From Asterias rubens (lineage: Eukaryota): DNA of 64,000 bases. This document shows positions 12,701 to 24,116 of the stretch, one piece after another. The first letter of the stretch is position 1; each line of letters opens with the position of its first letter. The translations under genes and the position numbers were made by a program. The notes below the pieces were generated by a model, which saw nothing but the letters and a program-made list of their open reading frames with translations, was not told the DNA's origin and searched no databases. The DNA lies in contig NC_047066.1 in assembly GCF_902459465.1 (NCBI RefSeq), positions 9,362,001-9,426,000 of the forward strand, in the 5' to 3' direction.

Positions 12701-15700
12701 AAAGGCTAATTGCAATATCACAGCCCGAGTTTTTGCCAACCGAGGTTGGTTAAGTATGGAAAGTCATTAATGCAAAACAAAACAGATAGCCATAGCTAGT
12801 ACAAATGTAACACTATTGTTCAAAAATATGTTAAATTTGTTGGAAATAAATCAACAAATCATTAGAGGTATTTCAGCTCATGAATCTTTACAGAAAGGGT
12901 TGCTTACCAACAATGGAAAGGTCGGAGTAACTATAAATATAAATATTAATAGTAAACTTGCGGGTACAACCATGGGTAAAATCTCTTTTGAAGGAGTGGT
13001 GGCTCTGAAAAGATAAAAAGGTCTATAGTGAACAACACAGGATCCATGAATTTTGTTCAGCGTGGTTCTTTAGCGAGTGAGGTACAAAAAGTATCATGCA
13101 TATTCTGTTTGAAGTGACATCGTAATGTATTTGTGTTTACTTTGCTGTGTAGACTTTTTTTGAAAACCTGTCTCGGTATTACTCCTACTGCAGTGGAGTA
13201 GATTTTGTTAAACTCAGAGACGGATAAACACAAAGTTTTGAAAAAGAACTGTCCTGTTTATTGTACAACCTGGGGAGGTAGGACATTAGCTAGACCTACA
13301 TGTACTATTTGCTAAGCCGTTTGAGGGATTTTTTTTAATACTAATTTCGCTGTGCGAGTTATTGAAGCCATTAATTTTTATACACTTTCGGTAAACAGTA
13401 TTGTCCAAGTCCCACACTTCGTGTATCACAACTTATATCTAAAATAACAAACCTGTGAAAATTTAGGCTCAATCGGTCATCGGAGTCAGGAGAAAATAAC
13501 GGGAAAACCCGTTTCGCCGTGTCATGACATGTGTTTAAAATAAATTAGTAATTCTCGCTATTGAGAATTGATATTGTTTAAATGTTTTCTCAAAAAGTAA
13601 AGCATTTCATGGAATAATATTTCAAGAGAAGTCTTTCACCATTACCTTCTGTAAACCCTGTAAATTATTTGTAAATCTGTGAACTTTTTTTTTTATACCG
13701 AAAGTGTATAATGGCTTTAATTGGTTTCAATGTTGCAACTAGCCTGCTCTAGTCATTGCCAGGACACCTCACAGAGTCTAGTATATATGTCTTTTCTTGC
13801 TGTCTTAGATAACCAATCATGAAACAGAGCAGAGATATTGCCAGCTCGTCAACGGTCTCCTCGACGACCATAAAGATGTCGTAACACACCTTGCCGAAGG
13901 CTTCAGAGAGTGTAAAAAACACCTCAAGGTAACAATAATAATAACATTAGTGGCTTCTTATATAGCGCGCATATCCCTCACTCAGTGACGCTCTAGGCGC
14001 TTTAACACACAGTATTTCCTGCAAGGTATGTGGGACTTTATTTGAATTACGAGACCTAATCCTTTTGCATATAATGGTTTTCAAGGTGCTGTGGCACAAT
14101 ATGCTGCCAATCAAACCTGGAACAACGGGGCAAACCCCTTCTCTTAGCGACAAGTGTAACTGGGTTCTTTTGTTTTACATGTATGCATCACACAACACAC
14201 AGAACCAGACCTACAGCTATATATGTCCCATTTGAAGGACAATGTAACAATTAAGTGTCTAGACTGGGACTCGAACCCAAACCCTGTCGATCAGAGACAC
14301 CAGAGCTTGAGTCTGTTGCTCTTAACTGCTAGGTCACAACACGCCATAAAAACATAGCCAGAGGGAGCCAGCATGACGTACTGGCCATGGAAACCCCAAG
14401 GTTGTTGGGTGTATATTTTGTATTCATAATGTTTATCAGTTTTGTGTGTCCTCTTCTTGTTTTTCATCCAGGATGAAAGCATCATTTATTCTTTCTTGGA
14501 CCGAACTTTAACCTCTCGTCTAGGGTTGAGGATGCTTGCTGAACACCATCTTGGACTTCACCAAGACAGGGTGGGTGGAGAATACATCATTCTTAGAGAT
14601 CAAAGCATTTTATTCCTGATCTTTTGAGACTTAAAACCAGAGTTTCCTTTTTTAGGAGTATCCACATGTAATTGGAGAATGTTGAACGCTAGGTGGCAGC
14701 AGATGAAATATGCATGTGTTTAGAATTAAGTTAACATGGAAAATTGTGTGCTGGCACCTTGCATCTAAAATCACAAGCCGTCTGTGTCATTTGAATTTCC
14801 TGAGGTTGTATACGGCGCCCTCAATAGGTCAGGTAGACAATTGAATTAAATGGAATTGTTTTAGTAGTTAGCAAATTTGAATTGAATTGAATTTGGCTAA
14901 TGCTTTTTCTTCTTCTTTCCTATCATCAGAGAGACTTCATTGGAATCATTTGTACAAAGATGGCTCTGAAGAGACTGATTGGCAAATGGGCTGACTTTGC
15001 AATGTAAGAAACCCTCTTTGTTTCAGGTTCCATTTAAGAAACATTATTATTGTTATTTTAAACCATTATTCATAATACCTCAGACAGTTTCGTTATTCTT
15101 ATTGGTGGAGAGCGCGTCACGTGGGTGTGTATAAACCTTTGTTTATGACCGGTAAAATGTGTTAATTCATGGGCGTGACACGCGACCTTGCACATGTTCT
15201 TTAAAGACAGTTTCTTCATTCCTATTGGTCGAGAGCAACTGCTGAAACAATTGTGCCACATCACGCGCGACGCGCACAGCATTCCCTTTTAAGGAGTTGT
15301 TTACCCCTGGGCGGCGGAGGGCTTTACCATTTCATAGCTGGAGGGGTGTTGTGTTGAAAGAAATTATTTAACAACTATAAATTTTGCATTTATTTTACTT
15401 TTTGACCATAAAGTGATGATGTTTTTGACCGAAAAGGTATTTATGAATGGGAATCAAAGTGTGTTGAATCGGTTTTCAACTAGTGGTTTAAACCTGCCGA
15501 GGCCTGGTTCTTGATAATTTACCTCGACTTCGTCTCGGTAAAATTATCAAGAACCAGGCCTCATTGGGATTAAACCACTAGTTGAAAACCTCTTCACCAC
15601 ACATTGATTCCCTTATTATCACACCTTTATTTTAAGGGATGAGTGGAATTTCTCTCCACTGCACTCCTTAATCTTGTCTGAGGAGTGTGCCCTAATGTTC

Positions 15701-18700
15701 ATTGATGCTAAATTGTTCCATGTGTTTCTTGATTCTAGGGAGCAGTGTGAGATGAGATACGGCTTCACCCCAAAGGTGCGCATTAACGGACACACTGGAG
15801 CAAACTTCCCCTATATCATGCAGCCTCTGGATTACATGCTTCCAGAACTCATCAAGAACTCACTCAGGTAAGTAAAATAATAAGATGATATGCAAAAGTT
15901 GCATGGCCAGGATTTTTCAAAACGAATATTGGAATGAACTTTGACAGATAAAGTTTAGACAATAAACAAACAGAATGCAAATTTAAGATGCATAATGTAC
16001 ATGGCTAACGGTCATGATGCAATGTAAGGCTCCTTCCAGTTTTTATGCCCATAATTTGAATCTGAGAAGCGTAACTGCCTGTAACACCACTTCTTAGATT
16101 GTGTGTTCCTATTCTGCGTGGACCTATTCGCTCCAGATAATCGGCAACATTTAAAAAAGGGGACCACCTTTTCCAAAAGTTAAAAGTATATTTTGAATTA
16201 TTAAAGCATGATCAAGAACATGCATTATTGCAATGAAAATGTGATTAAGATTCTTCTTCTTCTGATTCTGTTGTACTTTATTTAATTTTCTTTGACAGAG
16301 CAACTGTTGAGAGTCATCTAGATACACCGCATAACCTCCCAGATGTTGTGATTACTATAGTCAATAATGACATGGACTTCATCATCAGGTAGGTCAACTT
16401 GTCAGAAGGGTATTCACAACAGCGGTAAGATTGGAAACAAAAATTTTCACAAATTTGCTCATCAGTTATATTTGTAGTAAGCCAAGTCTGTCAGTAAGAC
16501 ACTCCTGGCACTAACCAAGGCATTTCTGCTAATGAGGGTACTTAAAGTCAAGACTGAACAAGTGAGTTTTCAGGTTGGTTTTGAAGCTGGAGCGTGTCTA
16601 CTAGTCTGAGGTTCAGTGGAAGATCATTCCAAAGAGATAACCAGAATGTNNNNNNNNNNNNNNNNNNNNNNNNNNNNNNNNNNNNNNNNNNNNNNNNNNN
16701 NNNNNNNNNNNNNNNNNNNNNNNNNNNNNNNNNNNNNNNNNNNNNNNNNNNNNNNNNNNNNNNNNNNNNNNNNNNNNNNNNNNNNNNNNNNNNNNNNNNN
16801 NNNNNNNNNNNNNNNNNNNNNNNNNNNNNNNNNNNNNNNNNNNNNNNNNNNNNNNNNNNNNNNNNNNNNNNNNNNNNNNNNNNNNNNNNNNNNNNNNNNN
16901 NNNNNNNNNNNNNNNNNNNNNNNNNNNNNNNNNNNNNNNNNNNNNNNNNNNNNNNNNNNNNNNNNNNNNNNNNNNNNNNNNNNNNNNNNNNNNNNNNNNN
17001 NNNNNNNNNNNNNNNNNNNNNNNNNNNNNNNNNNNNNNNNNNNNNNNNNNNNNNNNNNNNNNNNNNNNNNNNNNNNNNNNNNNNNNNNNNNNNNNNNNNN
17101 NNNNNNNNNNNNNNNNNNNNNNNNNNNNNNNNNNNNNNNNNNNNCAAAGAGATAACAGAATGTGAAAAAGAACAGTACATGTATATGGTATGACGTTTTC
17201 AGCTGCTTATGGGCTAAGGTAAGGGCTAAAAACTAATAAGCGCATAGATTTGCACAAAAGTTATACAATTGAAGTTGGTTATGGTACAAAACTTTCTCTT
17301 TTTGTTGATTTATTTTGATACCTATGCAGTATATTCGGTTTGTGGTAACACTATGTGCATATTTTCTTTGCTGTGTATATTTAAGTCTTGGGAACTAGGT
17401 CTTGCTTTTTATTTTACTGCCATAGAGTAGATTTTGGAAGTCGGGAGGCTAAAAAAAACTAATTGTCCTGTTTCAAAATGTATGTATGATTCTAATGTTT
17501 TCTTCTTCGTATTTTGTAGAATCTCGGACAGAGGGGGTGGCATCCCTAACAACATCGTCAACAAGGTATTTCAGTATAACTTCACAACAGCGCAGGATAA
17601 TCTAGATCCTAGAGTGACGGGGGGAACGTTTGGTGCTCTGACTAACGTGACTGCAGGAACGACGCCGGGGCCATTGTGCGGGTATGTACACATATTGACC
17701 TTGTTACTTGTGAACCACAAAACCAGGGGTCTATTTCATAAAGATAGTCCTACGACTCCTTATGATTTATTATAATTTAAGGCTAGTCCTAATTCGAGCT
17801 AAGACTAGTCTTAATTAACTCCTTGTGAAATCCACCGCGGACTTCCTTCAGGAGCAATTTTCAATGGAAGAAAATGTTAAATCTGGTTTTTTTTTTTTTT
17901 GTGGATCCCACTTGATATTGTGCCAGATTTATTATACACACTGTGAATCACCACAGCATATAGCCTGCCAGAAAATGCCCTGGAGGGAATGCATAAGGTC
18001 AAACTTTTGTTCAGTAAAAATTGTGCTGTTGTTGACAATTGAGTATTTTATGATAAAAGTAATGACCCATGGACTGTGTAGGGTCATTCTTTAACTTCAT
18101 TTGGAAATGAATTTGAAGATGATAGACTGGCTACGTATTTTCTACATGTCTTTACCCTGTGTATCCCCAAATACTTGAAGCTGGTTTCTACTGGTCCCCT
18201 GCATACTTGTAAATTATTACTTCCTTACTACATTTTTTTGATTGTAGTTATATGCATTGTCACATAATGATGTTTAATGAATGCATTTGTTGTATTTCTC
18301 AGTGTTTCCTTGCTTATGACCACACAAGACCCAAACTGAGGTCAATGAAGGCCTAATATTGGCCGAGAGATGTGCGCTGCGTTTACACCCGTGCATGTTT
18401 CTATTGTCTGACAATGTCTGACCTGAGCGTTAGGCAGCTAATGCATCGGGTCCATCCATTTTAAGACATGATTTTTGTCAAATATCTATTCCATTTTTAT
18501 CATGTTTCTACTTCAAATTGTCCATGTACTGTATCTTTGTAAGTAACACTGTACTTTTATTATTGGGATTCTTTCCTTAAGTATTTGTTGTCTAAGTAGA
18601 GCTTGGTTTCTTTTTTCATTAATTTTGGCGTTCTTTAAATCCTGGTTTATAAATTATTTAAAGTTAGCCATTGAGTTGTATTCATGTTACATTGGCCAGT

Positions 18701-19411
18701 TGTTGTATTTCTGCTTCTATTTCCCAGTTGTTGTATTGCTGCTTCTATTTCCACACTCTTTTAGGATTCCCTCACTTGATCTTTTGCTTTCCTTTTCTAT
18801 CATAAAGTGGAGGTGTGTCATGTTTGGATTTTGTCTGTGTCTGTGATGAATGTCCAGCCACCCTTTGGTATTTTACCTAAATTATTAACTCAATGTAAAC
18901 AATAACAACAACAGCAAAATACTTTCACAACATTTTATGCCATTGCTCACCGAATAAATTTTGTGACGACGGCGACCTATAATGCATGTATTTCTATGTC
19001 CGATAAGCTCATAATTCCTTTCATCAAGGAGCACCATGATACAGGGCACCAGTCTTAAGATGATGATTACGAAGTTAATAAGCCTGTAGAATATATAAAT
19101 TCATACTTAAATTTACATCTTAGGTTAAGCAAAGGTAATGAATTGATTCACTTTTAGGCTTAAACGTAATTCAATGTTGGTTTCCTTTAAAATGGCCTTG
19201 TAGGTTTCGCTATAAAAAAAAATCTAGAGTTCATTGTTGACTTATATCCACTTTCTTTTTTTTCAGGTTTGGTTTTGGGTTGCCAGCCTCCAAAGCCTAT
19301 GCGGAGTACCTGGGAGGGTCGTTGACCTTGCAAACCATGCAGGGTTTTGGCACAGATGTCTACTTAAGACTCAGACACATCGATGGCAAGCATGAAAGCT
19401 TTCGTATCTAA
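9712..19411 (+). CDS. BCKDK: Branched-chain alpha-ketoacid dehydrogenase kinase, mitochondrial (436 aa)
   Basis: Ten exons: 9712-9975, 11049-11117, 12241-12399, 13809-13928, 14472-14570, 14930-15003, 15739-15867, 16299-16388, 17520-17681, 19267-19411 (1311 nt, open frame). Motifs [41 protein letters not shown]-box [11 protein letters not shown]1 DRGGGI, G2 GFGFGLP, C-terminal [13 protein letters not shown]. Confidence 0.97.
11270..11630. mobile_element. Kolobok/T2-like MITE in BCKDK intron 2
   Basis: TTAA|AGGAACCGGACAC ... GTGTCCAGTATC-TTAA; body matches the dominant family. Confidence 0.8.
11710..12203 (+). repeat. Unclassified ~500-bp interspersed repeat, copy 1 (inverted relative to 15068-15615)
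   Basis: Reverse-complement match to 15068-15615, roughly 90% identical by eye; internal palindrome GTTCTTGATAATTTTAC...GTAAATTAT(A/C)AAGAAC. Confidence 0.9.
13163..13767 (-). mobile_element. Degenerate copy of the hammerhead-bearing repeat (family of 45598-45920), split by a MITE
   Basis: Shares GGAGTAGAT...GAAAAAGAACTGTCCTG and TTAATTGGTTTCAATGTTGCAACTAGCCTGCTCTAGTCATTGCCAGG with the 45.6-45.9 kb copy. Confidence 0.65.
13366..13716. mobile_element. TTAA-type MITE with AGCCATT...AATGGCT termini
   Basis: TIR AGCCATTA..ATACACTTTCGGT / ACCGAAAGTGTATAATGGCT, with TTAA on the right and TTGA on the left; same family as 52589-52951. Confidence 0.85.
13931..14345 (-). mobile_element. tRNA-derived SINE with LINE2-like tail
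   Basis: On - strand: A-box-like TGACCTAGCAGTTAAG, B-box GGTTCGAGTCC (14267-14277), body shared with 20372-20675 and 57398-57690, tail GCGCTATATAAGA...TTATTATTATT. Confidence 0.8.
15068..15615 (-). repeat. Unclassified interspersed repeat, copy 2 (inverted relative to 11710-12203)
   Basis: Starts 65 nt after the BCKDK exon 6 donor; reverse complement of copy 1. Confidence 0.9.
16650..17144. other. Assembly gap (495 N)
   Basis: Run of N. Confidence 1.
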
Positions 19412-20371
19412 TCTCGAGGCCGAAAGTTAGCGACAATAACTCAGAAAGTTTTCCATATCTAATAGTTAGTCCAGAAGGTGGGGACTACGGCACTTTAACA
19501 ACAGTTCTGAAGCAAGAAAGTTTTCATATCTAATCCTGAGTCTACATGTACATGGTGGGAATGTGAAGACAACATTCAAGTTGTGACTACAGCTCTTTTA
19601 AGAAAGTTCTGAAAGCATCCGCATTTATCCGTAATTCTTTTGGATAGTGTTGTTTGCCAGCGGCTTACCCATATCAGCCAACCTGCAGCCGATTTGACGA
19701 AACGCTAGGATTAATCCTATCTCGAGTTAGCACGCTACAGTGCAGGGTTGGGACTCGTCCTAAGTCCTAAGATAAATCTTAAGTTAGGATGAGTTTGGTG
19801 AAATCGACGGCTGGTCACACTACCCATGTACATGTAGCAGCCCATGTAGCGGTTACTACGGCGATACAATATTCATTTCTTTTGTTCACTGCCTTGCAAC
19901 TAAACATACCCCAACAAATGTTAGTCAACTTCAAAGAGCACAGGTGTAATCAACACTGTACCCACTTGGTCATGGGTTTGAATTCTACTCGAGTAATATG
20001 CCTGGTATCTTTTTTTCACAGAACTCGGGAAAGTACTGATAAATACAGTGCTAACACACATCGGTGTAAGGGTTAAACAAGAATTAATGTTCTTTATCCC
20101 TGATGCAGTTTTAACATATATTAAATCCTTGCAGTGTAGCTGCTACAAAAAATGAATTCAAACTGCCTCTAGCCACCGACAACCTTCAAAAACGTGTAAA
20201 AATTAACACTTTGGCTCTAAAGAGGCACACTCTAACAGCTTTTAGAATCCGGAAGACTAATGATGGGATAATGCGATAATGTGAATGTTCTGTCTTCTTT
20301 TAGACTGCTTCATGAGCTGGTGGGTCTTAGTCTTGGCCTAAGACCTCAGTAATTCACAGTAATTTAATATT

Positions 20372-20675
20372 GAAGTCTTATTTAGCGCATGTATCTTTCA
20401 GAGAGATAGGTTATTGCAGTTATGAATTCTGAGACTCAATTATTTAGCACCTTATAAGGGTTTACAATGTGCTACGGCGCATACAGCAGCCACAGCCAGG
20501 AACACCGGGGCTAACCCCTCCTCTTTTCGATAAGTGCACTGGGTTCTTTTACATGTGTTACACAACACATGGGACCAACTGTTTTACGTCCCATCCGAAG
20601 GACGAGGCAATGATAAGTGTCTTGCTGAAGGACACAAGTGTCAAGGCTGGGGATTCAAACCCACACTCTGCTGAA
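20372..20675 (-). mobile_element. tRNA-derived SINE, 5'-truncated
   Basis: B-box-like GGTTTGAATCC on - strand; body is the reverse complement of 57398-57690. Confidence 0.8.
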
Positions 20676-21564
20676 TTTAATCATAGAGTAAGGACAGTTA
20701 ATCGTTATAGCCGCTCTTTAGTGCATGATTTACAAGTTGGTTAAATCATGCCCTAAGAGGGCGCTATAACGATTTACCCCTGAGTGCAGTACACTTTCCA
20801 CTGTGGATTGCTGAGGTCTTGGGCCAATCCATATCTAACCTGGAACTTAGGCAGTTCGGCAGGAAGAGCCTTGTTTCTGTGAAACTAAGGCACTATTTTA
20901 TAACTAGCATGAAATTCCTTCCATGCACAATTAGTGTTCACTTTGCTTAGAGTAATATAAAACTGTATTGAAATTATAATAATTTGAACCAACCTGGGTC
21001 AGAATATCTTGTTTAAAATCTGAGAAGACTTGAAGAAGGTATCACAAAGCCAAGTCAAGATTAGAAATTTGTCTTGCATAGTTACCAAAGAACAGCCAGC
21101 TAGCTCAATGCAATTTATATGGGTTTTTGGTAATAAGTGGAACCGCTGCCAGTTTGTGTGACATGGAAGTGGACTAACGTCACCCAAAATGGGTATTAAT
21201 TTGCAGAAAGTATCAAGATAACTGGATTTAGTACTGCTAAGCATGATTGAATGACCGTCAGCTGAAAATAGAAAAGAGCATTCGCTTTTTTTTTGGGGGG
21301 GGGGAATCTAAAAATAATAAATCGCTGCTGAAATAAATGTTTTTAACTTTTTATTTTTGTTGTTTAGTTTATTTGTTGTCGGGAAAGTAAAACTGAAGCC
21401 TAAAATTCTACAGTGTAAAAAAACGACCCAAGGGAAGATATGGCTAAAAATTTAGTATTTTTATTTAGTTTTTGTATATAATTGGAAAAGTAATATAAAC
21501 GTTAGTGTGACCAATTGAAATATGAAGTAACTAAGGATGAACCAAAAATCAAAATTTAGCTTAA

Positions 21565-21935
21565 AAACACTGGACACTATTGATTGTCAAAGACCAGTTT
21601 TCACTTTGATGTATCTCAACATATACATAAAATAACAAACCTGTGAAAATTTGAGCTTAAATCGGTCGTTGAAGTTAAGAGATAATAATGAAAAGATAAA
21701 AAATTGTCACACGAAGTTGTGTGCTTTCAGATGCTTGATTTCTAGACCTCAAAATCTAAATCTGAGGTCTCGAAATCAAATTCATGGAAAATTCCTTTTT
21801 TCGAAAACTACGTCACTTCAGATGGAAACGTTTTTCACAAATTGTTTTACTATCAACCTCTCCCTATTACTCGATACAAAATAAGGTTTTATGTTGATAA
21901 TTATTTTGAGTAATTACCAATAGTGTCCACTGCCT
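21565..21935. mobile_element. Kolobok/T2-like MITE (dominant family)
   Basis: TTAA|AAACACTGGACAC ... GTGTCCACTGCCT|TTAA. Confidence 0.85.
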
Positions 21936-23264
21936 TTAACAAACGATGTTGATAGGCCTCTCTCTCCCCTTCTTTGTCTTTATTTCTATTTGCTTGGTTT
22001 TTCCCTTCTCTTTGTCGTTGGGCTTATGGTAGAGGTTGTAAAATGAAACTAAATTAATCGTTGCTGAAATTGACTTGGAGAATCTATACACAGGGCGTGT
22101 GTTGTTTTATTGTGCTGCCATTTTAAGTGTCTGAACGTGTGTATTAGTGACTGGTATTTTGCATTTTCTAAACATTCGGATATTATACGAGGTTTTATTG
22201 AACTTGCAACCATAATATGTCACATTGACATTGTTTAAATGTTTATCTCCAAACTTTAATTAAAAGTAAACGATTGATCAAGTTATATACGTTTTCTTCT
22301 TTAAAAAAAACCCAGTTTATTCTTCGTGCTCTTCGAAAAGAACCCAAAGTTTAGGGTATCCTGCTTTCAAAATTTAATATGTCAACGTTGTTTTGTTTTT
22401 TAGTGGAGGCGTCTGTACGTTACCTAGCGTTTAAATTAATGTAACTGAAACAAGGTTTGGATGTTATTAGTCGGAGCCCCGTTTAGGTGTAATAAAAATC
22501 ACTATTACTCAATGCTGATTGGGAGTACAGAAACTAGACAATGTGATACTAGACCGACTAAGGTTTTATACTTCTATAGCATGATGATACTTTACAAGAA
22601 AATTATTGCATAACAAGTAATCGATAGCGTGGAATCGGACTCAAATAGCGCGCGTTACTTTAAGGCAAAAATGTTATTTCTGCTGTTATTTTCGAATATA
22701 TTGCTATGATTTAGATGTACATGTAATTTAATCGCGGCCGCACAGTGCCCAAAATATCCAAGCATCGTTTCTCGTGCCTTTTTGCGTACTTGTGTGTAAA
22801 CAAGATATTAATTAATTGCAATAATTTGTATTATGTTTATAACTTTTGCAACCCTTGCTCTTGATTAATCTATCAGCCACTTTGCAAAGTCGGTGGATGT
22901 TTTTTTCCCTTACTTTTCCTGTCTCGTACATAGTGTATGGCGTAATGGTGCATTACGAATAGTAAATCAAAACTAAACTTTTAAAATGGTGATTACATTA
23001 TTTGTACATTTTGATCAGTGCGTTTTAGCACAAATAATGTTGGTGATGCTTCGTAATATGACAGCGTTTCTCTGGCAAAAAATCTTAAAAGTTTAAGGAA
23101 AACATTGAATTCTTAAGTCACTTCACCACTCATTTAAACTTAAAAAAGTAAACTTATTGTTGAAATTTTTCCGAAACAGTAATTGGAGTTTATTATATGA
23201 AATAAACCAGAAATGAGAATCAATTTACGTGTTACGTTTGGATGTTTGTTTTGTGTTGCTTTAA

Positions 23265-23800
23265 AGGCACTGGACACTGTTGGTAATTACTCAAAATAAT
23301 TATTAGCATAAAACCTTTCTTGGTGACGAGTAATGGGGAGAGGTTGATGGTATGAAACATTGTGAGAAACGGCTCCCTCTGAAGTGGCATAGTTTTCGAG
23401 AAAGGAGTAATTTTTTTACGAATTTGATTTCGAGACCTCAGATTTAGAACTTGCGGTCTCGAAATCAACCATCTAAACGCACACAACTTCGTGTGACAAA
23501 GTTTTTTTTCTTCTTTCATTATTATCTCGCAAGTTCGATGACCGATTGAGCTCAAATTTTTACAGGTTTATTATTTTATGCATATGTTGAGATACACCAA
23601 CTGTAAAGGCTAGTCTTTGACAATTACCAATAGTGTCCACTGCCTTTAAGGGCACTGGACAACTTTAGTAATTGTCAAAGACCAGTCTTCTCACTTTCTG
23701 TATCTCAACCCATGCATAAAATAACAAACCTGTGTTTTTCAAACTCAATTGGTCGTCGAAGTTGCGAGATAATAATGAAAGAAAAAAACCACCCTTGTAA
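23265..23800. mobile_element. Two adjacent Kolobok/T2-like MITEs sharing one TTAA (23646-23649)
   Basis: ...GTGTCCACTGCCT TTAA GGGCACTGGACAAC...; the second copy is truncated. Confidence 0.85.
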
Positions 23801-24116
23801 CATATTTCTCTACCCTGTAAAATAGTAACAAACAGTCTCTAATCTGACCCCCCCTTTTTTAATGTGGAATGGTCATTTCTAGGAAATAAAGGAATTTGAA
23901 ATGGTTTTAATGCATGCACCCCGACTTCATTTCAATGGGACACTTTTGGTCGGTCCTTTTCTCTGACAGTTCTCGCCAGTAGTGATAGTGCGCGTGCTCA
24001 GACCTACGCGCGCAATACTGAGCATAATGTACATAAAAGGCACGCTCAGAACCGCAAAAAAAAAAAAAAAACCATGATGCTCAAAGTTTTCCACATCTAG
24101 TCCATCCGCGTGTGAA

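Noticed and set aside
14255-14345. tRNA-like A/B boxes
   Set aside because: No cloverleaf, and contiguous with a SINE body and tail, so annotated as a SINE head.
16548-17193. Long ORFs in the track (also at 32514-33116, 39646-40038, 44025-44565)
   Set aside because: They are open only because they cross N gaps; only the GST exon 1 part of 44074-44565 is real.
18843-18940. GTGATGA C-box in BCKDK intron 9 (possible C/D snoRNA)
   Set aside because: No suitably placed CTGA D-box or terminal stem.
23232-23555. Recurrent 60-110-aa ORFs with '[18 protein letters not shown]' (also 4629, 6728, 7557, 21651, 42381, 44615)
   Set aside because: Chance frames in copies of the dominant MITE; starts, stops and frames differ between copies.
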